Source of the DNA: Oculina patagonica
Lineage: Eukaryota
Assembly (NCBI RefSeq): GCF_052425735.1
Contig: NC_135763.1
Location: 33,294,001-33,358,000, forward strand
DNA length: 64,000 nucleotides
Direction of reading: 5' to 3'
Part shown: positions 34,001-46,874 of the stretch, piece by piece
Layout of the letters: every line of letters begins with the position of its first letter
Numbering within the stretch: position 1 is the stretch's first letter
Translations under genes and position numbers: made by a program
Notes under the pieces: model-generated
Told to the model about the DNA's origin: nothing
What the model saw: the letters and a program-made list of their open reading frames with translations, nothing else
The model's database searches: none

Positions 34001-37000
34001 AGCACAATTAAACTCCTTTGTTTTTATAAATGTTCAGTGTTGTTATGACTGACCTCCTATATATATGAAAATTTACCTTATTGTTACATTTTTTCGCGGG
34101 AACTTAATTTCGCGAAAATGGAACGGACATACACCGATTTCACAAATGGCGGACGCGCGGAAAAAAACTGGTACGAGGCATGAAAACGAGGCGTTTTAGG
34201 ATAAACAGCTTTCGTGTTACAAGGGGAAAAGTGAAAATTACGCGAGTTCTGAAGTTTTTGTTTGTTAAACGGGTAAATAGGCCGTTTTCCTTCCAGGTTT
34301 TCGAGATTACGGAATTCTAAACGAGTTTACAGTCTAGTAATTATTCTTGTTTCTGTGTTGCAAGAAGAAAGGGACCGTAGATCTGCAGGAAAACAGAGTT
34401 AAAGTTTTGGTTTTCCAATAAGGAGCTTCGACGGCTGTTGGCCGGTAAAAATTTACACGGCACGGTATTGAAATTAATTTTCAAACTCTGTCAAGGTACG
34501 TTTTTTCCAGACGCTGTTAAGGTATGTTCTTTTCACTTTTGTGAAAGCAAACGAAAAATTCTAACTCTGTCTCCTTGAAGATTTAGTAGAGCACGAACTC
34601 TGGCTTTGGAATAGGAACTTTACAAGTCAACATTCAACTTTGAGCCACCTTGACCGGTCACATTTCCTTTAAACAAATTTCAATTACTATTATTCTCTCG
34701 CTATTAAATTATTTTTATACTTCGCAAAACACCTTTGCTGTGCTATGGCAAATCGTTAAAATGTTGACAAATACTGTAATAAATTTAAAGACGAAGCCCA
34801 AGACTACTGGTATTGAATTCTAATGGTATGTTTCTTCTTTGCAATAAACCCTTATATTTGTAAATACTTGATTGATGAATAAAAATCGCTTCCAATAATC
34901 TCAGCTTTATATAAATTAAAAAGGAGGGCATCTTCATTCACGGTGTCCTGTAAAAGCTTGTAAAATGAAGCGAAACCGTGAATATTTGTTCTATCAGTTG
35001 GACCTTCGTCGTGGTTGCCTAGCACGTGATTAATTTCTTCCCGAGATCGAACAACTTCAGTCGTCCGACACAGCAGAAGGAATTCCAGCAGGTTTCACTA
35101 AATTTACAGAATTAATAGCATTGTTTTTGACTTGAGGAACATTGTGATGATCTTGTTCACTGACTGAGATTGTGTTCAACATTTACTGTCCGCTTCACTT
35201 AATGTAACTCCTTTGGTTTGCGTGGAGCCAAGTGATGTTTTATGTTTAATCGAATTAGCCGTTTTAGTCTGTCTGAATTATTTGAATACCGGCAATTTTT
35301 TTTCTAAAATGCAAGAATCTACTAGCCTACTAAGTCAAAAAAAAAAAAACTACTAAGTCGATTGAGAATAACACATTTTTATTGATGCATTTCAGGTACG
35401 TATGGTATCACGTATGGTTATTTTACCAGAAAAAAATAAAGAAACCGGCCCGAAAATCCATTGTTACACATTTTTTTCACAACGTACATGTATGTTTACA
35501 CAGACAATTGCGTGTTTATTTTCGTAATTCTTCAATGACTTACCAAAATCCTTAAGAAAATGTGTACACTCGTCTGGATACCGGAGCTTTCTTGATAAAA
35601 GTCCGAGGTTTAAAATCGTTGGCGACCCACCGTATTTCAAGCCATGTGAAACCCAGGGTTTTGCTTACAACCCGAAACAAAATAACATTATTTGGCCGCG
35701 AACTTATTTCGAACTCGGTAATCTCGAAATCAACCTAGAAAACGAGCTAATACCCCCATATAACGGAGGAGAGCTTCAAAACTCCTGTAATTTTCACTTT
35801 TCCCCTTGTATAAACACGAAAGTTGTTTATCCTAAAACGCCTCGTTTTCATGCTTCAGTACCAGTTCTTTTCCGCGCGTCCGCCATTTGTGAAATCGGTG
35901 TATATTTCGCGAAACTTAATTTTCGCGATTTGGCCAAAAAGAGGGGTTAAAACAAAAAATACAACAAAAAATGTAAGTAACAGTAAGGTAGTCTTAGAAG
36001 AATCTCGTATTTCTATTAACTAATTAAGTTACCCGGGGACAACTCATGCCTTTTTTTTCTCTTCTTTCCAAATTTGTAAAAAAAAAAAGTAAGTATTATG
36101 TCAATCGTATATTATTTTTTAATTAATTTTGGTTTATTTTTTGGAGAAACGTTTTAAAACACTTAATCAATCAAAAGTGTTTTTTTGCTTTTTTCCCGCG
36201 AGGGCTACTTGTGTGACTTGTGTGTGAGAACTGAGAAAACAGTTCAACAGGTGGCCACATCTCCTTGACATGAATCAATGAACAATGGTCTTAAAACCAT
36301 GAAAACAAAATGACAGTTTTCTTCTTTTAAATCCTCTCTTCACCGCCTCCATTGTGGCTTAATTACTTGGTATAAGACAAGAAATAAATTTCACGATGTT
36401 GATGGACGTTTGATTAAGACACAACTGACTTTGTGCTGTCTTCGTCTGTACGCTCGAATGATAAACAAGTTCTAGTCAAAACACATTCTTTCCGATTCAT
36501 TATATAAGCAACAACATACAACAGGAAACAAATTAATGTAAGTGTGTTTCGTGTTTTTCGATTTTACTTTCCGAACATCAGCATAGAACATCCTTAATAT
36601 GTTTTTAAGCCCTTTAAATAAAAGTGACAATAGAAAGCAAGGGACCGCGGACGAAAATGCAGCTAGTGTATGTAGGAGCTGGCGACAGCTCTAAACAGTT
36701 ATCTTGTCTCTTTAAATAAACTTGACTTATTTATCGTTCAAGAGCTTGCGTGTATAGATATATCACATTTTTCAAGAATCTCCAAATAAAAATTTACCAA
36801 GAATTTAATTAGCACTTGTCGATTTAAGTCCTTGGAACGTTAAACATACGTCAATCGATCGTTCTCCCCGCGGCTTTTGTCAATAAACAATACACTACTG
36901 TGTTTCTGTGTTTCTGGAATATATACGTACCGTGTTTGTGTTTGTGGTGCCGTGGCCTTCCCTCAACCAGAACTCCTGCCATACAAATCAACAAAATAAA

Positions 37001-37012
37001 ATAACGAGACAT
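30778..37012 (-). CDS. Gene D: His-rich secreted protein with two copies of an uncharacterised 'V(S/T)MQGPG' module; about 316 aa
   Basis: Join (minus): 36931-37012, 32777-33103, 31726-32010, 30778-31034 (TAA). All phase 1. 3'UTR intron 30241-30765; AATAAA at 30106-30111. Confidence 0.85.
31481..31636. mobile_element. Short TIR element (aggggcggatc..gatccgcccct)
   Basis: taggggcggatctagg / cctggatccgcccctg; tcgtg on both flanks. Confidence 0.6.
31726..32010 (-). CDS. Gene D exon: Pro/His/Lys-rich
   Basis: ...VEHAHVHAPAEHADNGKVHVHTHVNKEH...; ttcag/ and /gtgagt; 285 nt. Confidence 0.85.
32120..32395 (+). repeat. Interspersed repeat; inverted second copy at about 59820-60098
   Basis: aaaccaaagtaatcactctggccaatcac...gaagcaaatacatgtagc...aatgcaaaaccaaag matches the reverse complement of 59820-60098. 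Confidence 0.7.
32777..33103 (-). CDS. Gene D exon: module copy 1, CNGPEC
   Basis: NVYNVHVQKMADNKVSGHIGPHSVSVSMQGPGSVSLDTTQQVVGPD; 327 nt. Confidence 0.85.
33155..33686. mobile_element. Foldback MITE with TTAA TSD and AGG..CCT termini (Kolobok-like)
   Basis: ttaa|aggagaagttcactccagagtggccatttattttctttacgccaa ... ttggcgtaaagaaaataaatggccattctggagtgaacttctcct|ttaa; arms about 210 bp. Confidence 0.85.
34076..35988. mobile_element. Outer TA-flanked MITE (tttcgcg repeats), split by an inner insertion
   Basis: ta|ccttattgttacattttt ... aaaaatgtaagtaacagtaagg|ta. Confidence 0.6.
34132..35900. mobile_element. Inner 1.77-kb non-autonomous DNA transposon with about 115-bp TIRs
   Basis: ta|caccgatttcacaaatggcggacgcgcggaaaaa ... 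ttttccgcgcgtccgccatttgtgaaatcggtg|ta; no long ORF inside. Confidence 0.8.
36931..37012 (-). CDS. Gene D first coding exon: signal peptide plus His/Lys N-terminus
   Basis: aaaATG, MSRYFILLICMAGVLVEG/RPRHHKHKH, /gtacgt. Confidence 0.88.
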
Positions 37013-37862
37013 TTTATCGCGAGAGGAACCGACAACTACCGTGTGGTTTAGCGTCACCGGCTTCAGCCGTTTTCAGTGATAAAATATTCTTTTTGTTGCC
37101 GACCGAATGACCCGACCAATACGACATCACTTAATTATTCCATAGCTAAAATGCTTGTGCTATAATTTTGTCGCGTTTATCTGACCCGCTAAGTGCCCAT
37201 GCTAAATGCCCGTGAGGTCATCGCCTTTAAACTGTTACCCACTAAAACTCAAACTGATGCACAATTACTTTGAGGGCAGAACCCACTTGAGAAATTTCTA
37301 TTTATATTTCAAAAGTCTTTTTTGAATTCTTTTAAAGCTCGCATATAATGGAGTGTTACTTATACTAGTTCCAAACACATGTCCGGTGTACAAAAATGTA
37401 CCCGTTTCAGTGGACTGAATCAAGTATGTTTACTCGTTAATTAGTGCCGCGAGAGACTCTTCAGACCTTGCGATTTTTCCTAGAATCAGCCGCCATTTTG
37501 GCTCTAGAAGGCAAACACGGATCGATAAATTCTTGACGTGCATCAAATGTAAAAAATGTAAAACATGCCCATGCCACGCTCAAGATCATAGGGGTTTGTT
37601 TTTTGTGAATTCATCTTTACCAGCTCCTTGCATTGAAGACCAAGGTACAGATATTCGAGACAGGCGAAGGCCTTTCCCTTCTTCTCGCTCCAGTTATTTG
37701 CGCCTGGGTCAGTTCAAGTAGGAACCTGTGACTTTGGCAGCAGGGGGTCAAAACTCCAATGGGAAGGTCTTTAAGCAATAAAGACTTAGATGCCGGGCAT
37801 AACGCCGAAATAAAATGAGAAGTACTTTTGGAATTTTGTAGAACCATTCACTGTGTCTCTAA

Positions 37863-38116
37863 TGGGTGGCGCGGTGGCCTAATGGTTAGTGCGCCGGACT
37901 CCGGATCGAGTGTTCCGAGTTCGAGCCCCGACGGGGGCACTTGTGTTGTGTTCTTGGGCAAGACAATTTACTCTCATAGTGCCTCTCTCCACCCACGTGT
38001 ATAAATGGGTAACGGCGACATAATGCTGGGGGGGGGGAACCCCGCTTAATGCTACGGAAACCGGGATTAGCTCCGGCAGTGTGGGCCGCTTGACTCGTGG
38101 CTTCTCCTTCCTTTCT
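37863..38116 (+). mobile_element. Full-length tRNA-derived SINE with a 17-bp TSD
   Basis: Box A tggcctaatgg, box B gttcgagcc; TSD attcactgtgtctctaa at 37846-37862 and 38117-38133. Confidence 0.88.
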
Positions 38117-39019
38117 ATTCACTGTGTCTCTAAAAATTTGCCTTCATAGTGAATGTTTTCCCAAATAATCAGAATTTCGTAATTTTTACGATGATGTTTT
38201 TCAGAGAACGTACATCTCAAATGTATGACACACGTGCAAAACCTGTTGTCCCGCTTATTATTACCATGGCCGCTGTGTGTTATTCATCGTTGACAAAGCT
38301 ATAACTAAGCCTCGTTATCAAATCGAGTCAAGGCTATCTACTCCATTACTGAAAGGTACTCGGAGGTCTCGAAGTCTCTATTTCAAGTTTATTAATTGAC
38401 TTTGCTGGTGTCGCAGAATCTTTTCTTCCACGAATTCCGTTTACTCTTTCACTGGTTCTGTGTACCAGCATTTCGACGTCTCGAACTACCCTTTCTAGTT
38501 TGGGTGCGTTTACACTTAATCGCCTCGTTATAAAAATGGGTCGACAAAAGCTACTACAGAATGAGTTCCGAAATCTCTATCAAGTTTGCAATTTGACTTT
38601 GCTTGCGACCAGGAATCTTCAAGTGATTTGGTGAGAGTCACTCAGCGGGCTGTATTAAAATTAACACCGCTAACAAATAAAGTAGTAATCAATTGAATGG
38701 TTCTTTGAAAACAAGAGAAAAACTCGCGTGTTCACACTAGTTAGAAACTTTATTGATTGACTTCATTAGGCAGGTTTAATTAACAATCGTTTCAGTGAAT
38801 ACCCTCTATGTTTTTTTATACTTATGCATAGGGAACTGACCCGGCGTTTTATAGCTGCAGTGTAGTAATAATAATGTGAACAGGTCTATTAGTTTGCCTG
38901 CGGTCTTGTGTCATCTTGAGGCCTTGACAGCGCAAAAGCTTTTCTTCAGGCGACTTTCAAACGCCATTGGCTATCAGTTGGCACCTGAACTTCAGAGGAT
39001 GGACTCCTGGCTCATCTAT

Positions 39020-42000
39020 TTACCACTGATTCCCTCTGTAAGGAGTTTGTCTTGGGAAAATTTATGGTTAATAGATGAAACAAGAGATGTTATTCTGGAT
39101 AAATAAAGTTTTGAACGCGCTTGAAAAAAACGGTCTTTAAAGAAACAGCCTTTTCACTAATGAAAATCCCCACATCAAAACACAGGTACACTAATTCATT
39201 TTATGTTCACATTATAATTGTCCTACAATATAGAACGATTAGTTTTCCGTGATATACGTGCAATTTACTTCTTTTAAACAATATTGCATGCTTTGAGCTA
39301 CTCGTAATTACCTTAATTACACTACATTGAAAAAAATGTATTATGATTCGAGAAAATTAATTAAGGTACTTTAGAGGAGCAAAGGTATGGATGATGTATC
39401 TCGTTCGAAGGAAGGTTAGAACTTAATTGTTACCTCTTTGATGTTCAGTTTACTTTGGTAAACTTTTAAGAATGAAGGTTGAACTATTAAGTTTGGCAAA
39501 CCATTTAGTTTGAAGATTGATTCATCATTAGGATAACTTCATGGAATGGCTAGAGTGGCTCTATTTATTATGTTATCTTTCAATTTCCTTAACTGACTTA
39601 ATTTAAAACTTTGTACGACTGCAAGTGAGCTCGACGATCTAACAGGCGTAAAAGACAACGAAACATAAATGCAGAATTATGCACGTTAATGGTCACGAGT
39701 AGATAGAAATCTAATGGTTTTTGATGCAGGCCCTAGAACGTAAATTTCCCAAATAATCATTTTTTTTTTTTCTTTTCACTTGGAGTGGAATGGCAAAAAG
39801 TTGCTCTTTAAGTGAACAAACGAACATACAGTGTAAACTGTTATCGAGCAAAATAAAAAAAAATTGGAACATAAAAATAAACTTAAAGCTATATAGTTAT
39901 TAGCAAGCTAAGTATAGAGCAAAAACAATAAAAATTTAGGTTTCCGTTACAAACCTTATTAAACATGACAAAATAATTTTAGTAGCAACGAAAGCGAGGG
40001 AAATAATTAAGATTTATTTGAATGTCACACAAAAGGGTTCCTTACAGCTAGAAGCGCATCTTGACTGTGGGAGTGAGAGTTTTAACCAACTTGAGCGCTT
40101 TGTTGATACAGAAAATATTCCTACATGATCCTATTCCTACATGACAGTTTATTTCAGGTAGTCTGTTCAGGGTCTTAGATCATGAAAAACTGAACAGCCA
40201 TTCTAAAAATCGCTTGATTTTGTTAGTCAACTGACAATGTTAACAAGACAATACATGCATCGAGTCTAGCTTATGTCAAGATTCCCGAGATTTAAGAGCC
40301 TGGAACAGACAGTTATTTTAGATTAAAGGTTGTGGTTATAACTGAAACAAACTAATTTATTTACGTTCTTGGTCTTTACTTTGAACAAAGCTTGCACTTG
40401 AGCCTGCAGTTAGTCATCAGCCATTGCTCTCTACAGCGGTCATCAGGGTAAATTCTGCATACGCTATCATCAGTACAAGTTTGAGGCACTGCTAAATTGA
40501 AGAAAAAAATTAAAAACGGTAAAACAACTGTATTAACTGAAACCAAAAGGCATAATGGCAGTTTCATTGATAGGCTGGTTTAAGTGAGAAAACTTAACAG
40601 ACCAGGTGAATCAAAATAATTAATTAATTCGACCCATTCAGCAGATGTTAATTAACCATTACCCTGCGTAATCGCGGAATATCGCCTGATACTTAGCCGA
40701 GCGGCTAAAATTAGACGATATTCCAAAAGATTGAGCAAGATAATTGTTTTATTATTCACCAATTTTTCATGGAGGACATTTTGCAGCTAGAAAAACTATG
40801 GTTATGCAGCGCTTTAGAAGACTTCGAACAAATCTTGGCAGCCTATATTTATCGCAGGATATCGGTTATGTTCGGATGACAGATAACGATAACATTTTGA
40901 CCATATATGGGCAACGCACGCATGTTTTTTGCAAAGGTCTTAGCCAACACAACATCTAATGAAGACTTACAAAAATTTAAAGATAGTTAAAAATAAAGTA
41001 TTATAAAATCGACATATTATCTTACCACTGCTGTAGGCTGCAGGTGCTGGTGGAGCCGGGGCAAGAGGAGCCGGCTGCGAGTAAACTGGGGCGACCGGAG
41101 CAGCCTGAGCAGAGGGCTGGGTCTGAGGAGCGGCTTGGTAAGTATTGACTGTATTCTGAGGAGCGGCTGACGCTTGTGTCTGTGGAGCGGCCTGTTTTTG
41201 TGTTGAAGTAGTTGCATTTTTCTCTGCTACATCCTGGGAGGTTGACTGCTTAGGTGCTTTTTGGGAAGACGCTGAATCCGTTGCATTCTGGGAAGTTGAT
41301 GGCTGGGAGGCGGCTTCATCTTGGTGCTTGGCTTGTTTATCTGTGAATGAAAAATCAATTACGTTATTGCATATCACTTCAGAGTTATTAACTTTGTTCT
41401 GGGGACCACTACGTTTATAAACGTAGGATATATAAACAGTCAACAAAGTTTTGTAGTTTATACTTGAGGGGAGTGGCTATTTTCAGGGAAATGGTTACTT
41501 TATAAGATGTCCAGAAGATCTCGGAAATTAAGATAGAACCATATTAGGCACATGATCATACCTTCAGAATTCGTATCAGACTTCTGTGCCGCATTCTCTA
41601 CGACTACCTGCCCCTTAGATACTTTCATCATCTCCTTATGATTACCCTCGATGACTTCCACGCTTGGCTTGGACGCGAACTTGACGCCTTTCTCAGGTAC
41701 ATCAATCTCAATATTCTCGATCAGGGGCTTGGTGACGTTTTGCTTCAGCACCATCAAAGGTTTCACGAATCCTTTGGTGGAATTGCCCTTTGGTGGCATG
41801 ATGCGGATTTCTTGGATCTGTGGTACGCCATCTTTCAATTTCGGTTTCACTCGGATTGTGTATTTTGCCTCCAGAGGTTTGGGACCCGAAGCAGGAGCGA
41901 CTAGGTCCGCCTGAAGCTCGGTGACATCCGGAGCATCGTCGGCACTCTCTGTGGCATTCTTCAGTTCAGGATCCGTGGCATTAACACCTTCGTCTTTGGT

Positions 42001-43666
42001 AAGTTAAAAGAAGTTTGTTTCATTCGACATTCGATTAACAATATTGTAAATTAAACAGGATGATGCACCCATAGCGCAGAATGCATGGACATCATTTATT
42101 ATTCAGAATCAGTGAAGCGGTAAATTTGAACTCGAAAGCGCCCACAAGTGTTGATAAAACTTGCTTCTCTATGAGTTAAAGAAGTAAAAATCTTACAACC
42201 CACGCGCAGATTTTTGAAGAGGAATGTTGTAGCTACATTTCTAGCTATAGGCAAAAACGAAGAAGATTGAACATCAAAATTAATGTTTTTTGCACTTGAA
42301 AATACAGTAAAATTCAATTACTTCAGCGTGGGTCGGAAAGGCACAAGGCATTGACCGTTCCAAAGACTAGGAAAGGAGACGGGTCGAGTAGTTTGTGACT
42401 TCTTTTATTTTTTGTGAAAGATAAGTTTGCGTTTTGAGCCTAGTAAGAGCTTATCTCTGGTTTAAGTACCGTGAAACGACAAGGAGTATTTCCCCGGGTA
42501 AAGTAACGAGTCGCAGGCTGCCCCCCCCCCCCCCCCCCGAGTATTTACTTGCCCGGTGCCCTTATACAAGGTTTGATTTGCAATCCGACTTTCGGGAAAA
42601 TATATTCGACTGATCACTTTAATCCTATTTCCCTTTCAGTCTCTTCTCCTTGCTGTGAGGATCAATCTGCCATTCATTAATTATTGCTGTCCCCGCTTAA
42701 TTACAACAAGAATGGCGAACACTGAATTTAGCAGCAAGGGATTTTAAGAAACAAGCTAAATGGCTTTCGAAGGATTCTCTAGACTTAAAAATTTGCTCTA
42801 AAAATATGTAAGTTATGCTCTGTGGGAATAAACCTTAGTAGGACAAAAATCCTTTTTCGTTTAAAAACAAATAACCAAGCTTTTTTATGCTTGCAACAGG
42901 TGCTGGTGTGAAACTCGACACGCATGATCAGATGTTATGAAATTTGCGAGCGAAAAATGTGAGGAATTCCCTTTGTCTAAACTCTCCAAGTTATAACTAG
43001 AAAGTAAAATTTTAACACAAATCTAGGTTCCTTCCAAATTTTGCTGTTTTCTTCAACATAATTAACCACTTTCAGCAAAAGTCCAAGCTTTCTCTTGAAA
43101 TCATCGGTAAATCTCTATTCACTATTAAATTTGAAAAACTATATCCTTTAAACTGACGAGGCTGTCGATACACTGATTTTAACTGCGGCGGCAGTTTTAA
43201 TACATCTCTTTAGCAGGGCGGGTCGAATTTAAAGTCTATTCTTCTTGTTCACCGAAACAAGAAAAACCTTTGATCGGCGTGACCCTAAGTTTCGCGCACA
43301 CCCGATAAGCCAAGTTCGGAACTTAGGATGACTAATGTCCTCTTGCCTCTTGTTTAGCAATTTGGTCGCAGCATTTAATCGCATTTTTCAAATTTGTCCT
43401 AATTCTGATCCTATCCGCTAGTTCATGTGCGACGTTCTTTGCGTATGCCTCACTTAACGGGTTATTTTTGTTTAAATTCTTGAGCTCTTAAGGTAACTTA
43501 CAAAACTGACCCGTTGAAAACATGTTATGGTGTCGTGTCCAAATTATTTTGACTTCAAAACTGGTAAACCAACTGAACAAATTCCACACTTACCTCGAAT
43601 AACCCTTTGAATATTTCTACCCTCGATCGTCGCGAAGCAGATAAACAAGAGCGCAAATTTCAACAT
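39020..43666 (-). CDS. Gene C: secreted protein, SP - 'KP' beta module - Q/A/S/P-rich - ShKT; about 315 aa; paralog of the 3' half of gene B
   Basis: Join (minus): 43594-43666, 41562-41993, 41026-41340, 40380-40491, 39020-39035 (GNQW*). Alternatively ends at the TAA at 40376-40378. AATAAA at 38749-38754. Confidence 0.83.
40380..40491 (-). CDS. Gene C exon: ShKT domain
   Basis: CTDDSVCRIYPDDRCREQWLMTNCRLKCKLC; tandem tagcag acceptor. Confidence 0.9.
41026..41340 (-). CDS. Gene C exon: Q/A/S/P low-complexity region
   Basis: DKQAKHQDEAASQPSTSQ...APAAYSS; 315 nt. Confidence 0.85.
41562..41993 (-). CDS. Gene C exon: uncharacterised 'KP' beta-rich domain
   Basis: KPLEAKYTIRVKPKLKDGVPQIQEIRIMPP...KPLIENIEIDVP...KPSVEVIEG; 432 nt. 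Confidence 0.88.
43594..43666 (-). CDS. Gene C first coding exon: signal peptide
   Basis: aaaATG, MLKFALLFICFATIEG/RNIQRVIR, /gtaagt phase 1. Confidence 0.85.
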
Positions 43667-45139
43667 TTTGTTAAGGAGTAAAAATCGTTCTGTTTGTGGA
43701 TAATGGATTTCTTCGCCAAATGCGCGGTTGAAGATGTCAGGTCACGAAAATTTTAGAAAGCTTTTTAGTTCGACTGGTGACCTTTCTGCTTAATGAGCTG
43801 GAAAAATTTCATTGTTACTTTGAAAGGTCTTCTAGTTGTATATTATGGTTTTCACTAGCAAAAATAAGCTCATAGCCAGTAGAATTCAACATGAAAGTTG
43901 CTAAAACCGCCAGGCTCAGGAAAAAAACGTAGACGCAATTCCACATTTTTAATTAACTCAATTTCGTTCTGCGAAAATATATTAACGATAGAATTAGCAA
44001 TAATTTCAAATAAAGGGTGTTATTAATTCCGCGAATTGTAGGGTTTGGGGGAACAACTTATTGCAAGTAGCGTCCTGTATCAGGGGTATATAGGGTTCTG
44101 AAAACGATTTCAGAAAATTTCTAGGGCGTCAATAATAACTAACTCAACTCTGACTTATAAACAAGGCCTCATTTTAACAGCTTGCAAGCTCTTACTGGTA
44201 TGTAAACTTACTGCAGGGCTAGAAGGGAAAATCAGCGAGTGTCACTGTCGCCTTGTTTAACACTCGAGGATTTGTCAACGACGCGTGCTTATAAAATGTC
44301 GCGTAATTCAACTGCAAAGTCGTTTACATAGGGTGATCTTTTATTTAAAGAATAAACATGCATTTCACAAGCAATAAAGACTTTACCAAATCCAAAAATA
44401 TAACATTCATAGAATAGCTTGTGTTCGATTTATAATGGCCTCGTTTCACTAATTAATACTGACTACTATATATCAATCTTAAAGTAAATTAATAGAGTAC
44501 CGAAGCGCTATTTTATCGGTAGACAACGGTATACGTCCGTTTCCCTAAGCTAAGAAACTAAGAAAAATAAACCACAGCTAGCCTCCTAATAGGAGTAAAT
44601 TAAAGTTAAATCTATTCTACTGCAGCATCGAAATCGAAATCCACATAGCAGACTCTGAGTTGTCAATTGAACTTGCCATGAGTTGACGTGACATGAACTT
44701 CAAGTTTTGACTTCACGCAGGAGCCGGGTAATGTGCTCCTGATTCATGTAAGAAGTAATTGTTATCTACAAGTCTAGAAATTAGCTGCTTCTGGTGGATC
44801 ACGTGACTGAACGTAGTGAGCAGTCGTGTCTAAAACCTGAGAAAGAGTAGAAAACAAAAATTAGCATTTATGCTTGGTTTGTGAAGGCTCATGATCAGAA
44901 ACTGTTTCCCATCCATTCCCCCTTCCCCCTCCCCCACCACCACTAACACCTCCTCCGATCTCCCTCATTACTTCCTATGCATTTTTTTATTTCATAGCAT
45001 TCGAAATTGAACAACTTCAAAAATGTAGTTTATATTCTTTCATGCCTTCCGACTTATATTTATAACAAAGTTTGCAAATGCTCTGGCAATGGTTCATGTT
45101 TACTTTACTTTACATACAAAACCAGGCGTACCTTTTTAT

Positions 45140-45243
45140 TTAACACAGTTTACACATGCTCTTGCAGTTGGCCATCAGCCATGGGTCTGCACAGCGGTCA
45201 GCGGTATATGGTGCGCATCTGCCGTCATCAGTGCAGGTTTCAG
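45140..45243 (-). CDS. Gene B last coding exon: ShKT domain 3
   Basis: ETCTDDGRCAPYTADRCADPWLMANCKSMCKLC*. Confidence 0.9.
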
Positions 45244-46827
45244 CTGCGAACAAAAGACAAATTGGAGAATAATTAGAAAGTTTATCCAAAGTTATGTATT
45301 TGGTGATTTACAAGGACATAGCTGATCAGAAGCTGAGAGCTGAGGTACATCCAAATACATCTACAGCTACGCATAGAAAACAAATGTTCCTCTAGTTTTA
45401 ATTGAAAGACTTGCCAAAGAATTTGGAACCATTTGACTTTTTTAACTTAAAGACCAGCTACATGTGTCATTTGTGTATATCATAGGGATTTTAACGACAT
45501 ACTTTTAGTATAATTATCACAATTTAAAGATTGTAATCATGGGTGTATTAATTAGTTTTAGTGTGGTGGTTTAAAGCATCTGTACATTATTATACTTTTA
45601 CTCATAATAATATCGTAATTTACTTTTTAATAGTTAATGATTTATTATCTATTTAATTTCTCTTTGTTTTTATACTTGATTTTAATTACTGTCGTGCGCT
45701 TTATACATGAGCCTCTGGCTCGGATAGGGAGGGCAACCTCATCCCGCGTTATGTCTCTNNNNNNNNNNNNNNNNNNNNNNNNNNNNNNNNNNNNNNNNNN
45801 NNNNNNNNNNNNNNNNNNNNNNNNNNNNNNNNNNNNNNNNNNNNNNNNNNNNNNNNNNNNNNNNNNNNNNNNNNNNNNNNNNNNNNNNNNNNNNNNNNNN
45901 NNNNNNNNNNNNNNNNNNNNNNNNNNNNNNNNNNNNNNNNNNNNNNNNNNNNNNNNNNNNNNNNNAAGACTTACTGTTGGTATAGGCAGCGGTCTGGGTG
46001 GCTGAAGCATCAGGTTGAGCAACTGGGGCAGCAGCGGACTGATCTGTTGTAGCAGCAGCGGCCTCGGTAGCTGGAGCGGTGGTCTGTGCTGCGGTTGCAT
46101 CCGTCTGGGTCGCTGTAGCATCAGCCTGAGTTGCTGTAGCAGCGGTTTGTGCAGCCTGCGTGTCCCATGGAGACTGGGTCTGTGTGTCGGAGTGATATGA
46201 AGCTGTGTCCTGGGGAGCGGCTTGTGTGGTGGCAGAGGAGGACTCGGTCTGATCGGTGGCGGTCTGATCGGTGGCGGGTTGAGCGGCAGAGTCTTGTTCA
46301 GGCTTGGTTTCTTTGATTTCTTTTTTCGAGTATAAAAAATAGGTGATTTTGTAACAAGGGTAATTGGGGAATACCTGAAAGCAACCTTTAGACTCTGAAA
46401 GCGACGTAGACGAGTACTGCATGCAATGTTGTGTTTGTCTCATTCAAATGGTACACTAGGGAATGAAATAAATGCGACTTTGGAGTGGAGGTCAGAGGGG
46501 AGGAGAAGAACATGTCGACCAAAAACAACGTAGAGGAGGATGGATCGAACAGCTGGGTGACAAAGGAGGGACTGAATCGAAAGGCTGAAAGGAGAATATC
46601 AAAGCTATATTGTCTTATGGCATAGGGAGATCTAGGTGTAGGTAGGAAAAGTGAGGTTTGTATAAGATTAGAGGTTTTTGTTTGGAGCCTCTTTTGTTTG
46701 TTATTCACTTCCGCGTCGCTGCAGTAGTTTCCAGTTTCCATAACTGAGCTGGCCTTTCCTATAAGCCTGGTGGTTTCTTGGAGGTCTCCTCTCTACTACT
46801 GTTATATTACTGTTATATGCTAATAAA

Positions 46828-46874
<47 letters not shown>

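Noticed and set aside
46388-46741. 117-aa minus-strand ORF
   Set aside because: Antisense to decayed LINE fragments within an intron
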